A stretch of DNA of 64,000 nt from Octopus bimaculoides (lineage: Eukaryota): contig NC_068984.1 of the NCBI RefSeq assembly GCF_001194135.2, positions 36,968,897 to 37,032,896 of the forward strand, written 5' to 3'. Shown one piece after another: positions 1 through 12,443 of the stretch; within the stretch, counting starts at the first letter, position 1, and every line of letters starts with the position of its first letter. The notes under the pieces were generated by a model. It saw only the letters and a program-made list of their open reading frames with translations. It was not told the DNA's origin and did not search any database. A program made the position numbers and the translations under genes.

Positions 1-30
1 AACAACAACAGCAATAATAATAATAATAAC

Positions 31-96
<66 letters not shown>
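1..96. repeat. (AAC/AAT)n microsatellite
   Basis: Direct reading: aacaacaacagc(aat)n. Confidence 0.97.
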
Positions 97-98
<2 letters not shown>

Positions 99-699
99 AG
101 TGATGGAGAATGGGGATAGAATAACTTCATTTTCACATCTATTTTGAAGACAGAAGTATATGACGGGTGTGTCAGTTTGTTCCTATATCAAGAAGCAAGG
201 CTTCTGAATGAGAAGTTTCAGGACAAGGTTAGTAAATTTCTGAGGCTTACGTTGATTACAAAACAGTGACGCTTTCCACAAGGACTTGTGGTTGAATCTG
301 AACATAACAGAGTTACATTTCTTTGTTTTAGATCTTTCGTTTTCTCCTGTGTCCTATTGACCAACCCACATAGTGTTCTGGAATTATATGTTGTTCGAAC
401 AATAAAGATTTCTTAATGACGAAGACTTGGTTATGTGTTTTACAAGATCACTTCGTATATATGTGGTTTCCAGTTCAGTTTCATTATGCCGACAATTTGT
501 GACTTCTACCACTACACATGTAAACTAGTTCGCTGTGATTTACATTTGTTTAGCAGAGACTGTGAAATCACATCGATTTTGGGCTGGTAGACTTAAACCT
601 TCGCTCAGTTTAATATTTCTTCATACTTTCTACCGTCTCAGAGGCACTGCAAAAAGTTATAGGCACTGTCTATCCCCTTCTAAATCATTAAAAATTAAA

Positions 700-960
700 C
701 TGATTCTCTTAAACTGCATTATTGTCATGTTCAATAACAAAAAAAACATTACACAACATAGTGTGCCATGACATCAGCAAAAATATAAACATCAAAAACA
801 TAAGACAGTATATTTGCTTCGATTTGTAATGCAAAAGTAAAATGTATAGAGTCAGCTTTCTTGGGTTTTCTATTACACTGCCAGGAGCAGAAATTATACG
901 AATGGTTTCATTTATCATATAAATCTGATGTAATTCTGCATTTACTAATATACAGTTCCA
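700..960 (-). mobile_element. Possible very old Penelope-like RT C-terminal remnant
   Basis: Minus frame reads LNHLELYISKCRITSDLYDK*, resembling the PLE motif YLDLxxxIxxxxLxTxLYDK. Downstream similarity is weak. Confidence 0.3.
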
Positions 961-2063
961 AGTGATTTAAAACTATTGAATAATAGATAGAAAGGAATAT
1001 AAAACATACATCGAATTACCAACATCACGTTTTGTGCATTTTGATGATGTTATTTTTGTGGTTTACTTTTTCACTTCGTTGGAAGATTTAAAATTATTTA
1101 ATGTTATTATTTTTAGTCGTATATTTGATCAAATATGAGTAAAAGCAAACATTTTCTTGGCGCCTCTCATAAGGTATTTACACTTCTCATCTAAACATAT
1201 GTGTTTGACCTATACAGTAATATATCAATCTTAGAATACAAATAGCAAAAGTCTCCAAAAAGAAATTATCACCGATTTCAATCGTATCATCACAGAATTG
1301 TAAAATCGAACGTGAAGGTTGATATATTTTCATGAACGGAACTTTTGCTATATTTTGCATTTTCTGAACAAAATGCTATGTGTGATCTTTATAATTAATA
1401 GAGCAGATATTGTTCACAGAAACTGCTTCTGTCGATTTAAGCTACTGTGACCGACGCCCTTTTATTTTCGTCTTGTATCGGCAAGGTTAATCCATAGTAA
1501 TTGTCAGCGTTTTTGTGCTGATGTTAGTTACGTTGCGATTCGTGTCAGTTTTCAAACACAACAAAATAGTTGTATAACTACATCTGTTTTTTTCTGTACT
1601 GACCCATTGGATGCGATGTCAATAATTTGATATAAATAAGAGTTGTAGGAAGATCACTTTACACATGCGATAAGTGCGTGAGCTACTGATAATGTTACTG
1701 TATAGAGATTTATACGAGAGGTTGCTGAAGAGATACTAGCTTTAAAGGTATCACGAAAGGCCTGGTTGGAGGTCCCACCTTCCGAATTCTTTTACAAAAT
1801 TTAGAAAAACTGAAGTATAGCTGCAATGGGTGTATGAATCTGAAAGGGGAATATATTGAATAAAGTCATAATGAACTGATCGTCCTGTACTTATTTATAA
1901 TCTAACCCAACTGCCATATTTTCAATAGTGCAAAAAATATATATATATCTACAAAAAAAACTTAATTTTGAATGAATGAGTCCCATATTTAAGAACTGGT
2001 TTCCATATCCCATATAAACTATACTGTTGCAACTTGTCTAATGAGGTATTTTTTCTTCTACTT

Positions 2064-2127
2064 TAGCCTCGGGCCGACCAAAGACTTGAGAGTAAATTTG
2101 GTAGCTGGAAACTGAAACAAGCTTGTC

Positions 2128-2172
<45 letters not shown>

Positions 2173-2215
2173 AATATGTTTGTGTGTCTGTGTTTGTCCC
2201 CCACCATCGCTTGAC
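2064..2215 (+). mobile_element. CORE-type tRNA SINE fragment with internal (AT)n
   Basis: tagcctcgggccgaccaaagacttgagagtaaatttggtagctggaaactgaaacaagcttgtcgtatata matches the reverse complement of the copies at 18.8-19.2 kb and 26.6-27.0 kb. Confidence 0.85.
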
Positions 2216-3138
2216 AGTAGAATAAACAGAAAAGGCTATACGGCCAGACGTGATATATATGGATGTCTGTACATATGCTTTAGTTGGCATTAACTGACGA
2301 AATGATTGAGACGTACATCTACACGCGCATTTATTGAACATTTATTTATCCCTGATTACTTTTCCCAGATTATTAGCAGCGTATCGGTAACCTCTACTGA
2401 AAGGGTTTCACAAAGTGGAACATTAGCTTGTGACTATGCCATAAGAATGAGATAATAACCACTGGCTGTTGCTTAGCAGGTTTTGCTTTTGTTTTCTCAT
2501 AATTATCTAATTAGTGTTTCCTCGGTGGAAAAGAAGTGGAAACAACTGATGAGAGGTAAACGATCTGGCGAAAGTAGTTCGGTTGTCGTATTGAGAAGCA
2601 ATAATATAATTTCGTCTCCTAAATGTGGCAGTCTGTATGTAAAGTTATAAATAGTCAAGCTACCTATGTATAACAACAAAAAACGTACTGGCAAAAAATG
2701 TTGGACTGTAATGAACGGCACTTTTAAATCTAAGAAAATTACACGGGAATGAATAATAGATACCTGATTCCAAATACACTTAACAGGCAAACCTCGTTAG
2801 TTATAAAGGTTAAAATCAATTTAGAAACAAGAACTTTCAAAGTAGACATGAATATATTTCTGTTAGATTCTTCAAAATGGCTACTGGCTGACTTCTATAT
2901 TGATTTCCAGATTGAAACCACGCTGGTTTCGAACAGCGCATAAAGTGGACATGATAGGACTGGCAAAATGTTATAGGTTAGCCTGAGTTACGTCACCTTT
3001 GAAACAATAGAAAAATACAAAGAAATAACAATGCAACAGCAACTCTATTCACCGATGCAAAATACTTCGTGAGTAACCATTCATTCTGGAAATTAGCTCT
3101 CCGTCTGCCTGCGTGTGTGTTTTATTTATTTATTGCAA

Positions 3139-3141
<3 letters not shown>

Positions 3142-3208
<67 letters not shown>

Positions 3209-3614
3209 NNNNNNNNNNNNNNNNNNNNNNNNNNNNNNNNNNNNNNNNNNNNNNNNNNNNNNNNNNNNNNNNNNNNNNNNNNNNNNNNNNNNNNNNNNNN
3301 NNNNNNNNNNNNNNNNNNNNNNNNNNNNNNNNNNNNNNNNNNNNNNNNNNNNNNNNNNNNNNNNNNNNNNNNNNNNNNNNNNNNNNNNNNNNNNNNNNNN
3401 NNNNNNNNNNNNNNNNNNNNNNNNNNNNNNNNNNNNNNNNNNNNNNNNNNNNNNNNNNNNNNNNNNNNNNNNNNNNNNNNNNNNNNNNNNNNNNNNNNNN
3501 NNNNNNNNNNNNNNNNNNNNNNNNNNNNNNNNNNNNNNNNNNNNNNNNNNNNNNNNNNNNNNNNNNNNNNNNNNNNNNNNNNNNNNNNNNNNNNNNNNNN
3601 NNNNNNNNNNNNNN

Positions 3615-3657
<43 letters not shown>

Positions 3658-3658
3658 T
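3142..3658. repeat. (CT)n - N gap - (AT)n. The same microsatellite-flanked gap pattern recurs at 32.5, 34.7, 36.5, 40.0, 44.6, 48.4, 53.1, 55.9 and 62.3 kb
   Basis: Direct reading; the gaps mostly abut simple repeats. Confidence 0.95.
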
Positions 3659-5143
3659 AGATACATACGTGAAAAAGATAGAAATTGGCATATATTCTCA
3701 TTTCTCTTCTTTATTCATTAATCTTTATTGAAATATTTTAAATTCTTAGTTTCTAATTTGATATTAAACCCCCCAATTTTATTTTTATTTCATTTATTGC
3801 ATATTAACATTGTTTTTATTGTTATTTCATTGTATCACTCTTTTTAGTGGAAGCATCAATAATTCATTCTGTTATCTTCCAGCTACGCAAAAATTAATTA
3901 GAAAAGATATTTTGTTTTCATTTTGTTATTATAATTGATTTTACGCACACCACGAACACGCATATTTATATATACATAAATACACTCACATATATGTATA
4001 TATGTATATATTTGCGTTTCTTTATGTCACCGATACTCTGTTATTAGTTCCAATATATTTGAAGAAATAAATTTCAATTTCAAATCAAATTATATCACTT
4101 GTAAATAAATTTTAAAAAGTATTAGATATATCTTTCTCAATTAAATTTTTGTCTCAATATATACATATATATGTATGTGTGTATGTGTGTGTGTATGTGT
4201 TTATGTATTTCTGTGTGTGTCTGTATATCTGTGTCTGTGTCTGTGTGTGAGTGTGTCTGTAACGTACTCTGTCTAATATTTATTTATCCCACTCATTAAT
4301 GCATGAAAAGTAGCGAAATAAGGAGTATTAATCAATAGATAGTCATTTTGTTGACTCCAGTGACAGTAGAACTGCGAAACGTGTTTGCCGCGCCCAATAT
4401 AAGTGGCTGCAATAGTTATATTGTTTTTCTTCTAGCGAAAGACTACGTTTCGTTTTCCCTAAGAGTTTCCTTATTCAGCTTCTCAAACAAAACGTGAAAA
4501 TAAAGTTTAAAATTCCATATTTAAAATCCCATCTAACAGCATTTACTACGCTTTTAACTGTAAAATATTATGTACGTATGTGACGAACTGAAGGAACCTC
4601 ATGTATGCTTATCCTATGTGCCAGAACTAGCGGTCTTACCATCATCAAATCCTCTTGATTTCTGAAAAATGTAAGGTAATATATATTTGCAGAATGATGG
4701 AGACCTTCAGATGTAGATTATAGCTTAAACGCCCCAGATCAGAGGTCTGTGCAATTAATGCTATTCTGTATCTAAAAAGGCACAACATATATATGGCCAC
4801 AGTATTATTCACTATTCACAGAAGTATGATTATTCATTTTTTACTGAAGAAGCATGAACATGGTGTTTTCTTTTCTTTATAATCTTTTAACACATTGATA
4901 TGATTTAAGAGATATTTGTTGTTGTTTATATAAAACTTCTTGATAACTATATGAAATCCATTTAGGAATCATTCTGTATTTCAACTAACATTTTTCCATT
5001 TTTAGAAGACAAGAAACTGTTAATGTTCTTATCACATTTCATAACATTTCTGTTGACACAATCATTGCTATCTTAGTTAATATTTCTGTTATATTTATTT
5101 CTTCTCGCGCTTCAGTAGTTTTGTCGTTATTACTGTTTCTTAC

Positions 5144-5239
5144 CTTACAACAGAATTAGATCCCGAATGTCCTACAGATATGTGGGGAGTAAATCTGATT
5201 TTATCTTGATAGTTTCCTAGGCCATATATATTTAATGTG
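5144..5239 (-). CDS. Candidate internal coding exon, 96 nt, phase 2-2: (x)TLNIYGLGNYQDKIRFTPHISVGHSGSNSVV(R/S); product unknown
   Basis: Strong acceptor (ttatttctgttttctttgcaattttcctcttgtcag|), consensus donor AG|GTAAGA, length a multiple of 3, only one of three frames open. No family recognised and no partner exon found. Confidence 0.4.
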
Positions 5240-5464
5240 CTGACAAGAGGAAAATTGCAAAGAAAACAGAAATAAATAATGTTCTTCCAGAGGCAAAATA
5301 TTTTAAGTCGCGCTGTGCTAATTAGAGACTTATTATGCATAACTAACGAAAACATACACATTAGGACTATTAAACATTCAGAATTATAGTAAATTCGATC
5401 GAAGCAAACGTGTAGAAACTAATGTTCGATATAGTAAAATTAGTAGAAATAACAACAATTCTTT

Positions 5465-5600
5465 CAAATTTTGGCATAAGGCCAACAACTTTGTGGAGAG
5501 TCAGTCGTTGATTATATCGGCTCTAATAATTCACAGGTGCTATATTTTATCAATTTTTAAATGATGAAAGGCTAATTTGATCTCGAGAGATTTTGAGCTC
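5465..5600 (-). mobile_element. Degenerate SINE fragment (same family as 8800-9222)
   Basis: Reverse complement contains ttagcctttcatc...ttgataaaatatagcacc and ggccttatgccaaaatttga. Confidence 0.6.
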
Positions 5601-5949
5601 TGTTGCGAAAGCGCGGGAAAATGCGACTAGGTATTTATTTTCTCTAGCGCAGTCTATCCTGTCAGACCGACGCTTATGCTAATTGTCTCAAATTTCGGCA
5701 TAAGACCGACAATTGAGTGTGTGTAGGTGGAAGGCCAGATTTCGTCAGGCTTCTAGAAATTTTACTGGGAAAGTTTTGCACTTTCGTACTAGAGGGAAAC
5801 TGGAATAACATTTTCGACGCAGGGAAGGACTTCGTGAGACTAGTAGAGTGAAATCGCTATTAAACTTTAGCAAAGATGTAGCAATAGAGAGAAATACTCT
5901 GGTTACGGCTCATTCATGAAGTCCTCTTGTCTGGGAAGGATCACAGGAT

Positions 5950-7050
5950 AGTTTAATTGACTTCTTGCATTTCTGTGACTGTTATGCTAAAAACCATGCC
6001 TTTATGTCCAATATAAAATTTTCGCCTGGTTTTTCCAAAATTGACTTTTTGGACAAATAATTTAAGTTATCTGGATGGAGGCAGAATAGTGACAGAGTTA
6101 TTTTACAAGCCCACGTCATACCACATTTACCTCCACCGCCGCCTCGATCGTCCACTTTATATAATTTGGTTAAATCTGAAATCCCAAATTTTGAGGTTAA
6201 AACGGATTTGTACTGACATAGGGGTTTACTGGAAACGTGAAAATGCTTTTGTACACCATGTGTTAAACTCGGTTACAGTGAATCACGATTAAAAGAAATA
6301 GCAAAGGTCATAGCTAAGATTACCAAAGGAAGTCAAACTTTCACGCTGAATTTAAGCAAACAAAGTACAATACTGTAACATAATTGCTTTAGTGACTAAC
6401 TGGCACTGAAAGTTCGCTGGCATTTCAAAAGTGCTACATGAATGTTACCAGTATGTTGCGGAAAAATATCCTCGTTTCCAACAAATATTTCCTCAGCCGC
6501 GTATTAGACAGAATAAAAATATCAGAGAACTATTAACTTCTATTTCTGACTCCAAGAAAACTTACGTTGGAGTTTCTGCACACTCTCCCTTGAAAAACAG
6601 CTGCAAGAGAGATAAGCCTTGTTCCTCGTGCAACATTATGAGTCAAGTGAATTCGGTCAGGAATCATAACAGAAATGTTATGATTTACACAGAAGGTGGG
6701 ACGTGTAGAGATTTCCATTTGGTTTGCGCAGCAGAATGCATGAAACACAACTTGATTTATGTTGTTTGTACAACAGAACAATTAAATTAAACAAAAGACT
6801 CAATGGGCACAGTTATGACGTCAGGCACAATAACAGTAGTTCGACAGATCTTACTGAACATTTTGCATCAAACGGGTGTATTTTTGAAAAAAAGACTTGA
6901 AAGTGCATATTCTCAGAAGATATTCTGCATCTGCTACACATTCGGTATTCAAAATGTACGAGGAGAAATATGTTTGCGGTTTATTAACATAACGCGCCGG
7001 GGGAATGAATAAAATTACAGGAGAATTTCATCATATTTACACGAAACTGT
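5950..7050 (+). mobile_element. Penelope-like element remnant (RT C-terminus + GIY-YIG endonuclease), frameshifted
   Basis: IVTELFYKPTSYHIYL...LKSQILRLKRICTD (PLE LYxKPT..SQxLRxRRIC); PCSSCNIM...CRDFHLVCAAECMKHNLIYVVCTTEQLNKRLNGHSYDVRH...LTEHF (GIY-YIG region with CC-HH pattern). Confidence 0.85.
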
Positions 7051-7384
7051 TTGATTAAATATTCTTCTTTTTCAATTTCCGATTTCTTTTCTTTTCTTTT
7101 CCGTTTTTGCACTTTTTCCTTCTTTTTTTGCCAGTTGTAAATTTCAAATTTGAAAACTGATGATGTCATTCCATCAGGGTGGGAACGCTGGTTGCCTTCG
7201 CTCATATTTTGGATATGAATTTCTATAATTTTGAATTTCTATGTATCACTTTTCATTTTGAACTTGACAAAGACTAGCTAGCTATCGAAATATCGTTCAA
7301 CCAATACAATATTTATAGCAATCACATCGCGCTCTTCGTAATATCAATTTATCTTCGTGAAGAGTTATGTCAATCCTTTTAAAA

Positions 7385-7420
<36 letters not shown>

Positions 7421-7422
<2 letters not shown>

Positions 7423-8772
7423 TGGTTTGGCTCAGGTTCGTTCTTATTCCTAGTAAGTATTATGTGGTTAGCGGGTTACTACCTGTAACCTTTCCACAAG
7501 TTTTCAGCAGTCTTTAAAGTGCTTAGAACTGTTCTGATAATCCTTGCTATCCCTCAGAGACAAACATTCTGTAGGAGCTCTACTGACCATTCTATTTCAA
7601 AATCCTTCCGCCATTTGTCTATGTTTTTGTTTAGTGTTCCCAACGCACCAGTTATTATAGGCACGACCTTTACTGTTCGCCTGATCCAAATTCTTCGTAT
7701 TTAAGGGGTGGTTGTCTTTCTTTACAATCCTGGAGTCAAACAGGTATGATGGGTCGACAACTAATCAACTTCGCTTTTCCTTATTTATAATTGTCATGTC
7801 TGGTCTATTAGTTTCTAACTTCTTGTCCGTTTGAATAGGAAAGTCTCACAAAGCCAACTCAAGTTCTCTATCGACTCGATGGTTGTACCATGTGTTTCCA
7901 GCTTCAAATCCTTATTTCTGGCACAGGTTCCAGTGTTAAACGTTTAAAAGCAAGTTGTACCTCAATTTCTTAGATTTTTCCTATGCCAACTTATAGCATT
8001 CTGCCACAATATGTGCAACTGTCTCGCTTCATAGGCTCTACATTTTTCTGACACATTCTCTCCATATATATTTTTCTCAAATTGTTTCTTTTTATCACTT
8101 GATCTTGAGTTGCAACAATAAGGCTCTCTGTTTCTTTTTTTAATTTCCATTTTTAATCAAGCCCGGAATTTTGTTCCACATACGACTTCATTGGCTCTCT
8201 AAAATTGGCTATGCAGTGGTTTTTCTTCGATTTGTCTGGCGTGTTCCGTTTGTATTTCATTGCTGTCCTTTTTCTCCTATTACGCTTCATCACCCGTTCT
8301 TTATTAACTGTCTTTAGTAGTTCTTCTGTTCTCCTCTGTAAATCCTCTACTAGACTTTTTTATATCCATCTGTACACATTCTTCTACTGATACTAAGCCT
8401 TTTCCACCTTGGTCTCTCCTCGAGTACAACCGGTTGATGCCAGCTTTTGGATGGAGGGCTCCATACACCATCAACAACTTTCTATTTTTTCTGTCAAGTT
8501 TATATAATTTTTGGTCAAGTATTTAATTCCAACTCCATATCTGATTTAGGGTACTTCTCTTGAATTCATTGTTTCAATTAGATTTTTGCAATACAGTTTT
8601 GACTGCAGTAATTTTCTTACTCTCCTTGTGCACTCCCAACTGGTAATTTCTTTCATTTCCTCATTTTTTACATCGTCTGCTTCCAGTACTCTCAAGTGCT
8701 TATACCACTGTCCTTTCTCAACCGCTCTAATTGTTTGCCTATTTGACATTTAAGTTCCCTAGCTCAATTCAG
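7421..8772 (-). mobile_element. 5'-truncated R4/Dong-clade non-LTR retrotransposon (RT C-terminus + restriction-like endonuclease)
   Basis: WYKHLRVLEADDVKNEEMKEITSWECTRRVRKLLQSKLYCKNLIETMNSREVP matches the R4/Dong YKYLGILE...EMKEK...RRxRKxL motif. Downstream RLE remnants; bounded by (ATT)n at 7385-7420 and 8773-8799. Confidence 0.85.
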
Positions 8773-8799
8773 ATTATTATTATTATTATTATTATTATT

Positions 8800-9005
8800 T
8801 GGCAGAATCATTGGCATACCGGGCGAAATGATTAGCGGTATTCCGTATGTCAGTATGTTCTAAGTTTAAATTCCGCTGAGATCGACTTTGCCGTTCATCC
8901 TTTCGAGGTTAATGAAAAAAGTACCAGTTACGCACTGAGGTCAATGTAATCTACTTAATCTCTTTCCCCAAAATTTCAGGCCTTGTGCCTACAGAAGAAA
9001 GTATT
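8800..9005 (+). mobile_element. tRNA-derived SINE (central motif resembles the Meta/MESC domain, from memory), (ATT)n tail
   Basis: ggcagaatcattggcataccgggcgaaatg...gtttaaattcc (B-box-like)...ttcatcctttcgaggttaatgaaaaaagtaccag...ggccttgtgcc. Confidence 0.85.
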
Positions 9006-9027
9006 ATTTGAATTAGTATTAGTATTC

Positions 9028-9222
9028 AAGGCGGCGAGCTGGCAAAATGCTTACTGGCATTGCGTCCGTCCTTAGTTCTGAGTTCAAATCCTACCGAGGT
9101 CAACTTTGCATTTGATCCTGTCGGAGTCGATGAAATAAGTACCAGTTCTGCACTGTGGTCGGTGTAATCGACTAGCCCACTCCCCAAAGTTTCAGGCCTT
9201 GCACCCATAGTGGAAAGGATTA
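9028..9222 (+). mobile_element. Second copy of the same SINE, followed by a long (ATT)n at 9220-9330
   Basis: aggcggcgagctggca...gagttcaaatcctaccgaggtcaactttgc...gtcgatgaaataagtaccag. Confidence 0.85.
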
Positions 9223-9231
9223 TTATTATTA

Positions 9232-9307
<76 letters not shown>

Positions 9308-9499
9308 CATTATCATTTTTATTATTATCAACATTGTCTTCACCACCTGTCAGTAGACTGTTTCTTTATATCCTACATTATTCTTCTTGTAAATCGGTTC
9401 ATTGTTTCTGCTGTCTTGTTTCTAATTTAATTTCCCCCTTCATTACATTTCACAACTACATTATTTTGTTCCCTTTATTCAGAGTTCTTTGTCAAGGTG

Positions 9500-9501
<2 letters not shown>

Positions 9502-9568
<67 letters not shown>
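9502..9568. repeat. (GT)n(GA)n compound microsatellite
   Basis: Direct reading. Confidence 0.95.
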
Positions 9569-9572
<4 letters not shown>

Positions 9573-12363
9573 CATATATCCTAATTATTTTAAAAATAAA
9601 ATATTCTCTTGATTATAAAATAAACTAATCTATTTGCTGGCTACCTCTACATTTCATATTTTCTCCTGCTTTTATCTATCTTATCCTCCCTTTCAACCTC
9701 TTCGCTACTCTTTTTTTTTTCCAAGAACGAACATACTGACTCCTAGCTTGCTGTGTGTTAACTGGAAATCTTCTCAAAAAAGGTCTTCGCGTATAAATTT
9801 ATCTGAAGGTTACACAAAGATTTAGAAGTAGTAATTGAGAGAATATTTAAAAAAAGATTGTTTGCATAAATGGCGCCCATGAGAAATAAAGCAACAACTG
9901 CGGTTAATCTCTTGTGTTCACATTCAGTGAAGAGATGTCTAACAATCAATTTCTAGCAATTAATTATTATTTGGTAATCCACTGCTAATTTGAGATGATT
10001 TCAATAACAGTTCGGCTGAAACCGTATGGATTCTCATGTGCCTATCAATGAATACAATTAATTACAAAGTACAGACTGTGGCAATTATACTAGAAGCAAT
10101 GACATTAGTTAATTAATATGCGGCAATTTATTTCCGAAAAAGAATTAAATGAAGTATAATGTTTTGCAAAATAATTATTGGTCTAAGACTAAAAAGAACT
10201 AAAACTACAGCATTGATAATTCAGAAGTACAAAGGGTACCGTTTGTTTGTTACGAATTTGAGGTGTGGATCAGATATCTGTCATTAATAATAACAACTCC
10301 AAAAAGGAGCCTATAGAATAACAATAGGAATAGGAACAATAATTGTCCGATTGTTATTCTATTATTTTTATAAAAGATAATAATACTATTCCCGAGTAAA
10401 AATGAAAAATAGTGGTAGTTGTTTCTTTTCGTTTTGTTTCTTTTGTTTTTGCCAGAAGACTAACACTGAAGCTAAAATATTATATCAGAAAGTTTAAACG
10501 ATGTTATATTGGGGTATACTTGTTAATAGAATACACTGGTAGATATCGAAACCAGATATATAGATATACATTGGATATACATATTGAAACTAGATATATG
10601 TATAGACATAGAATAAGCTCTCTAACAAAAGACTTTTACTTTAGCATTTATCATCCACACTACGAAAGCTTGGAATGCTTAACTTAGTCACGAAATCATA
10701 GAAGAAATTTCGACTCATCGAGGTAAAATGTATACAAAAGAGTTCCTACCAAAGAATATATTATCGTTCTACCAATGTATTTAGTTTAAAATATAACATA
10801 TCTAGACAAACTATGCAGGTCTTCCAGGCTAATTTAATGAATTTTTATAGAACCAAGGCTATAAGACAGCCTTACTTTTTAAATGGCCGATCAAACAAAA
10901 CCCACATGATCCCAATATAAAAATCGAAAAGAACAGCCAAAGAGGGACAAAGTATAATTTAAAAACAGGAAATTGAGTTTATGCCACAGAATTTACCACT
11001 GGAATGCACATTTATCTGTTTGCTTAATTTCTTATTTCAATCATGCTCACATGTAATCTTTTCTTAAGCTTACATTCATAAGTATATCTAAGGATATATC
11101 CATATTTGATGTGAGGATACCCCTAATATAATTGCTACCGCTGTAATATTCAACTATTTTATAACGGTTCAATGCAGGTAAAAACAGAGGTGATGCAAAC
11201 ATAAGCTTCCGGACTTACTATGATACTTTAATGCAGGGCTTCGAGTAATCTTCAGCTATTTTAGGACAGTTCATGTATTGGTACGCTTAATGCTATTTTA
11301 AATTTCTTTTATTAATATATTTACTCGTTAGTCCGCTTGGGAATATGAACGACTTCAAACCACACAAGTATAATATGAATCCAATTGCTCCTACCTTATC
11401 TTGAGTACAAAGAGTTCGAACATTGAAATAATTCACGTGAGACTAACACTGCTGAATATTTCTTTCTGGTATTTTGTTGTGGAAAGTAGACACTGATTGA
11501 TACAAAGATTGCCACTTGAGAAAGTTATTAACTGACAGAATAGCTTTCGGTTGAGGAAATAAATGATTTAAAGATTGGATATCTATGCTGTGAGCTACAC
11601 CGCTAAAACTGAAATAAACGCTGGAATAGAGTAACACGTGAACTAATATTTCACTCGTTCTATCTTTCTTCCTCTCTCTCTCCCTCATGCTTTCTTTCTA
11701 GCTTCTCTCCACCTTTCTCTCTCTCTCTTTCTTTGTGTTATATATATATGTATGTATGTGTATATATATATATATGTGTGTATGTATATATATGTGGGGG
11801 GGTGTATATATTCTCATCTTTCGCTAGTTCGTAAGTCTCTATTAAGTATGTCTTGGTAGGAGTGAAGGACTTTACTTTTCGTGCACTTTCTCTCTTATTT
11901 TAGGTGTCCATGAATTCTCAACAAAGAAACACTCGACCTTCATACTCTTAACCAAAGGCGTGGTATCTGAATGAGATGAAAGCAAGTTTTACTTGAAAGC
12001 TGCTGTTATTTGCATTGTCACAACGCTGTTAAAGATATGTATATAATTTCATAGATCCAACAGTCTTACTTTTTGGTCACTGTACCCTGTTAAATGCTAT
12101 CGCTGTTGTTCCGTAACTGCTAATCATCCACAACTGTAATTCATCGAGATTATTTGCAGCTAACTCCTACATATTTATAGTTAGTTTCTAGCTAGATTTC
12201 CATTTGGTTCTATATCTACTATGCCGTTTCATCATCTATCACTTGAGGACGCGCCTTATAACATTGCAGCTACCCAGTGCGTGTGTATCACGCTCTATCC
12301 CTATAACGCACGTGTCCTTGTGGTAAAGTAAAAAGGAAATCAATATACCACTTTATGTCTACG

Positions 12364-12367
<4 letters not shown>

Positions 12368-12443
<76 letters not shown>
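12368..12443. repeat. (AT)n(AC)n microsatellite
   Basis: Direct reading. Confidence 0.95.

Noticed and set aside
1400-1485. Peptide ...CDRRPFIFVLY resembling the serpin DRPFxF signature
   Set aside because: Only about 5 residues match, there is an extra R, the splice sites are poor, and no other serpin sequence is present.
12192-12322. Plus-strand open 131-nt segment with a GTG|GTAAAG donor
   Set aside because: Weak acceptor, unrecognisable peptide and no partner exon.
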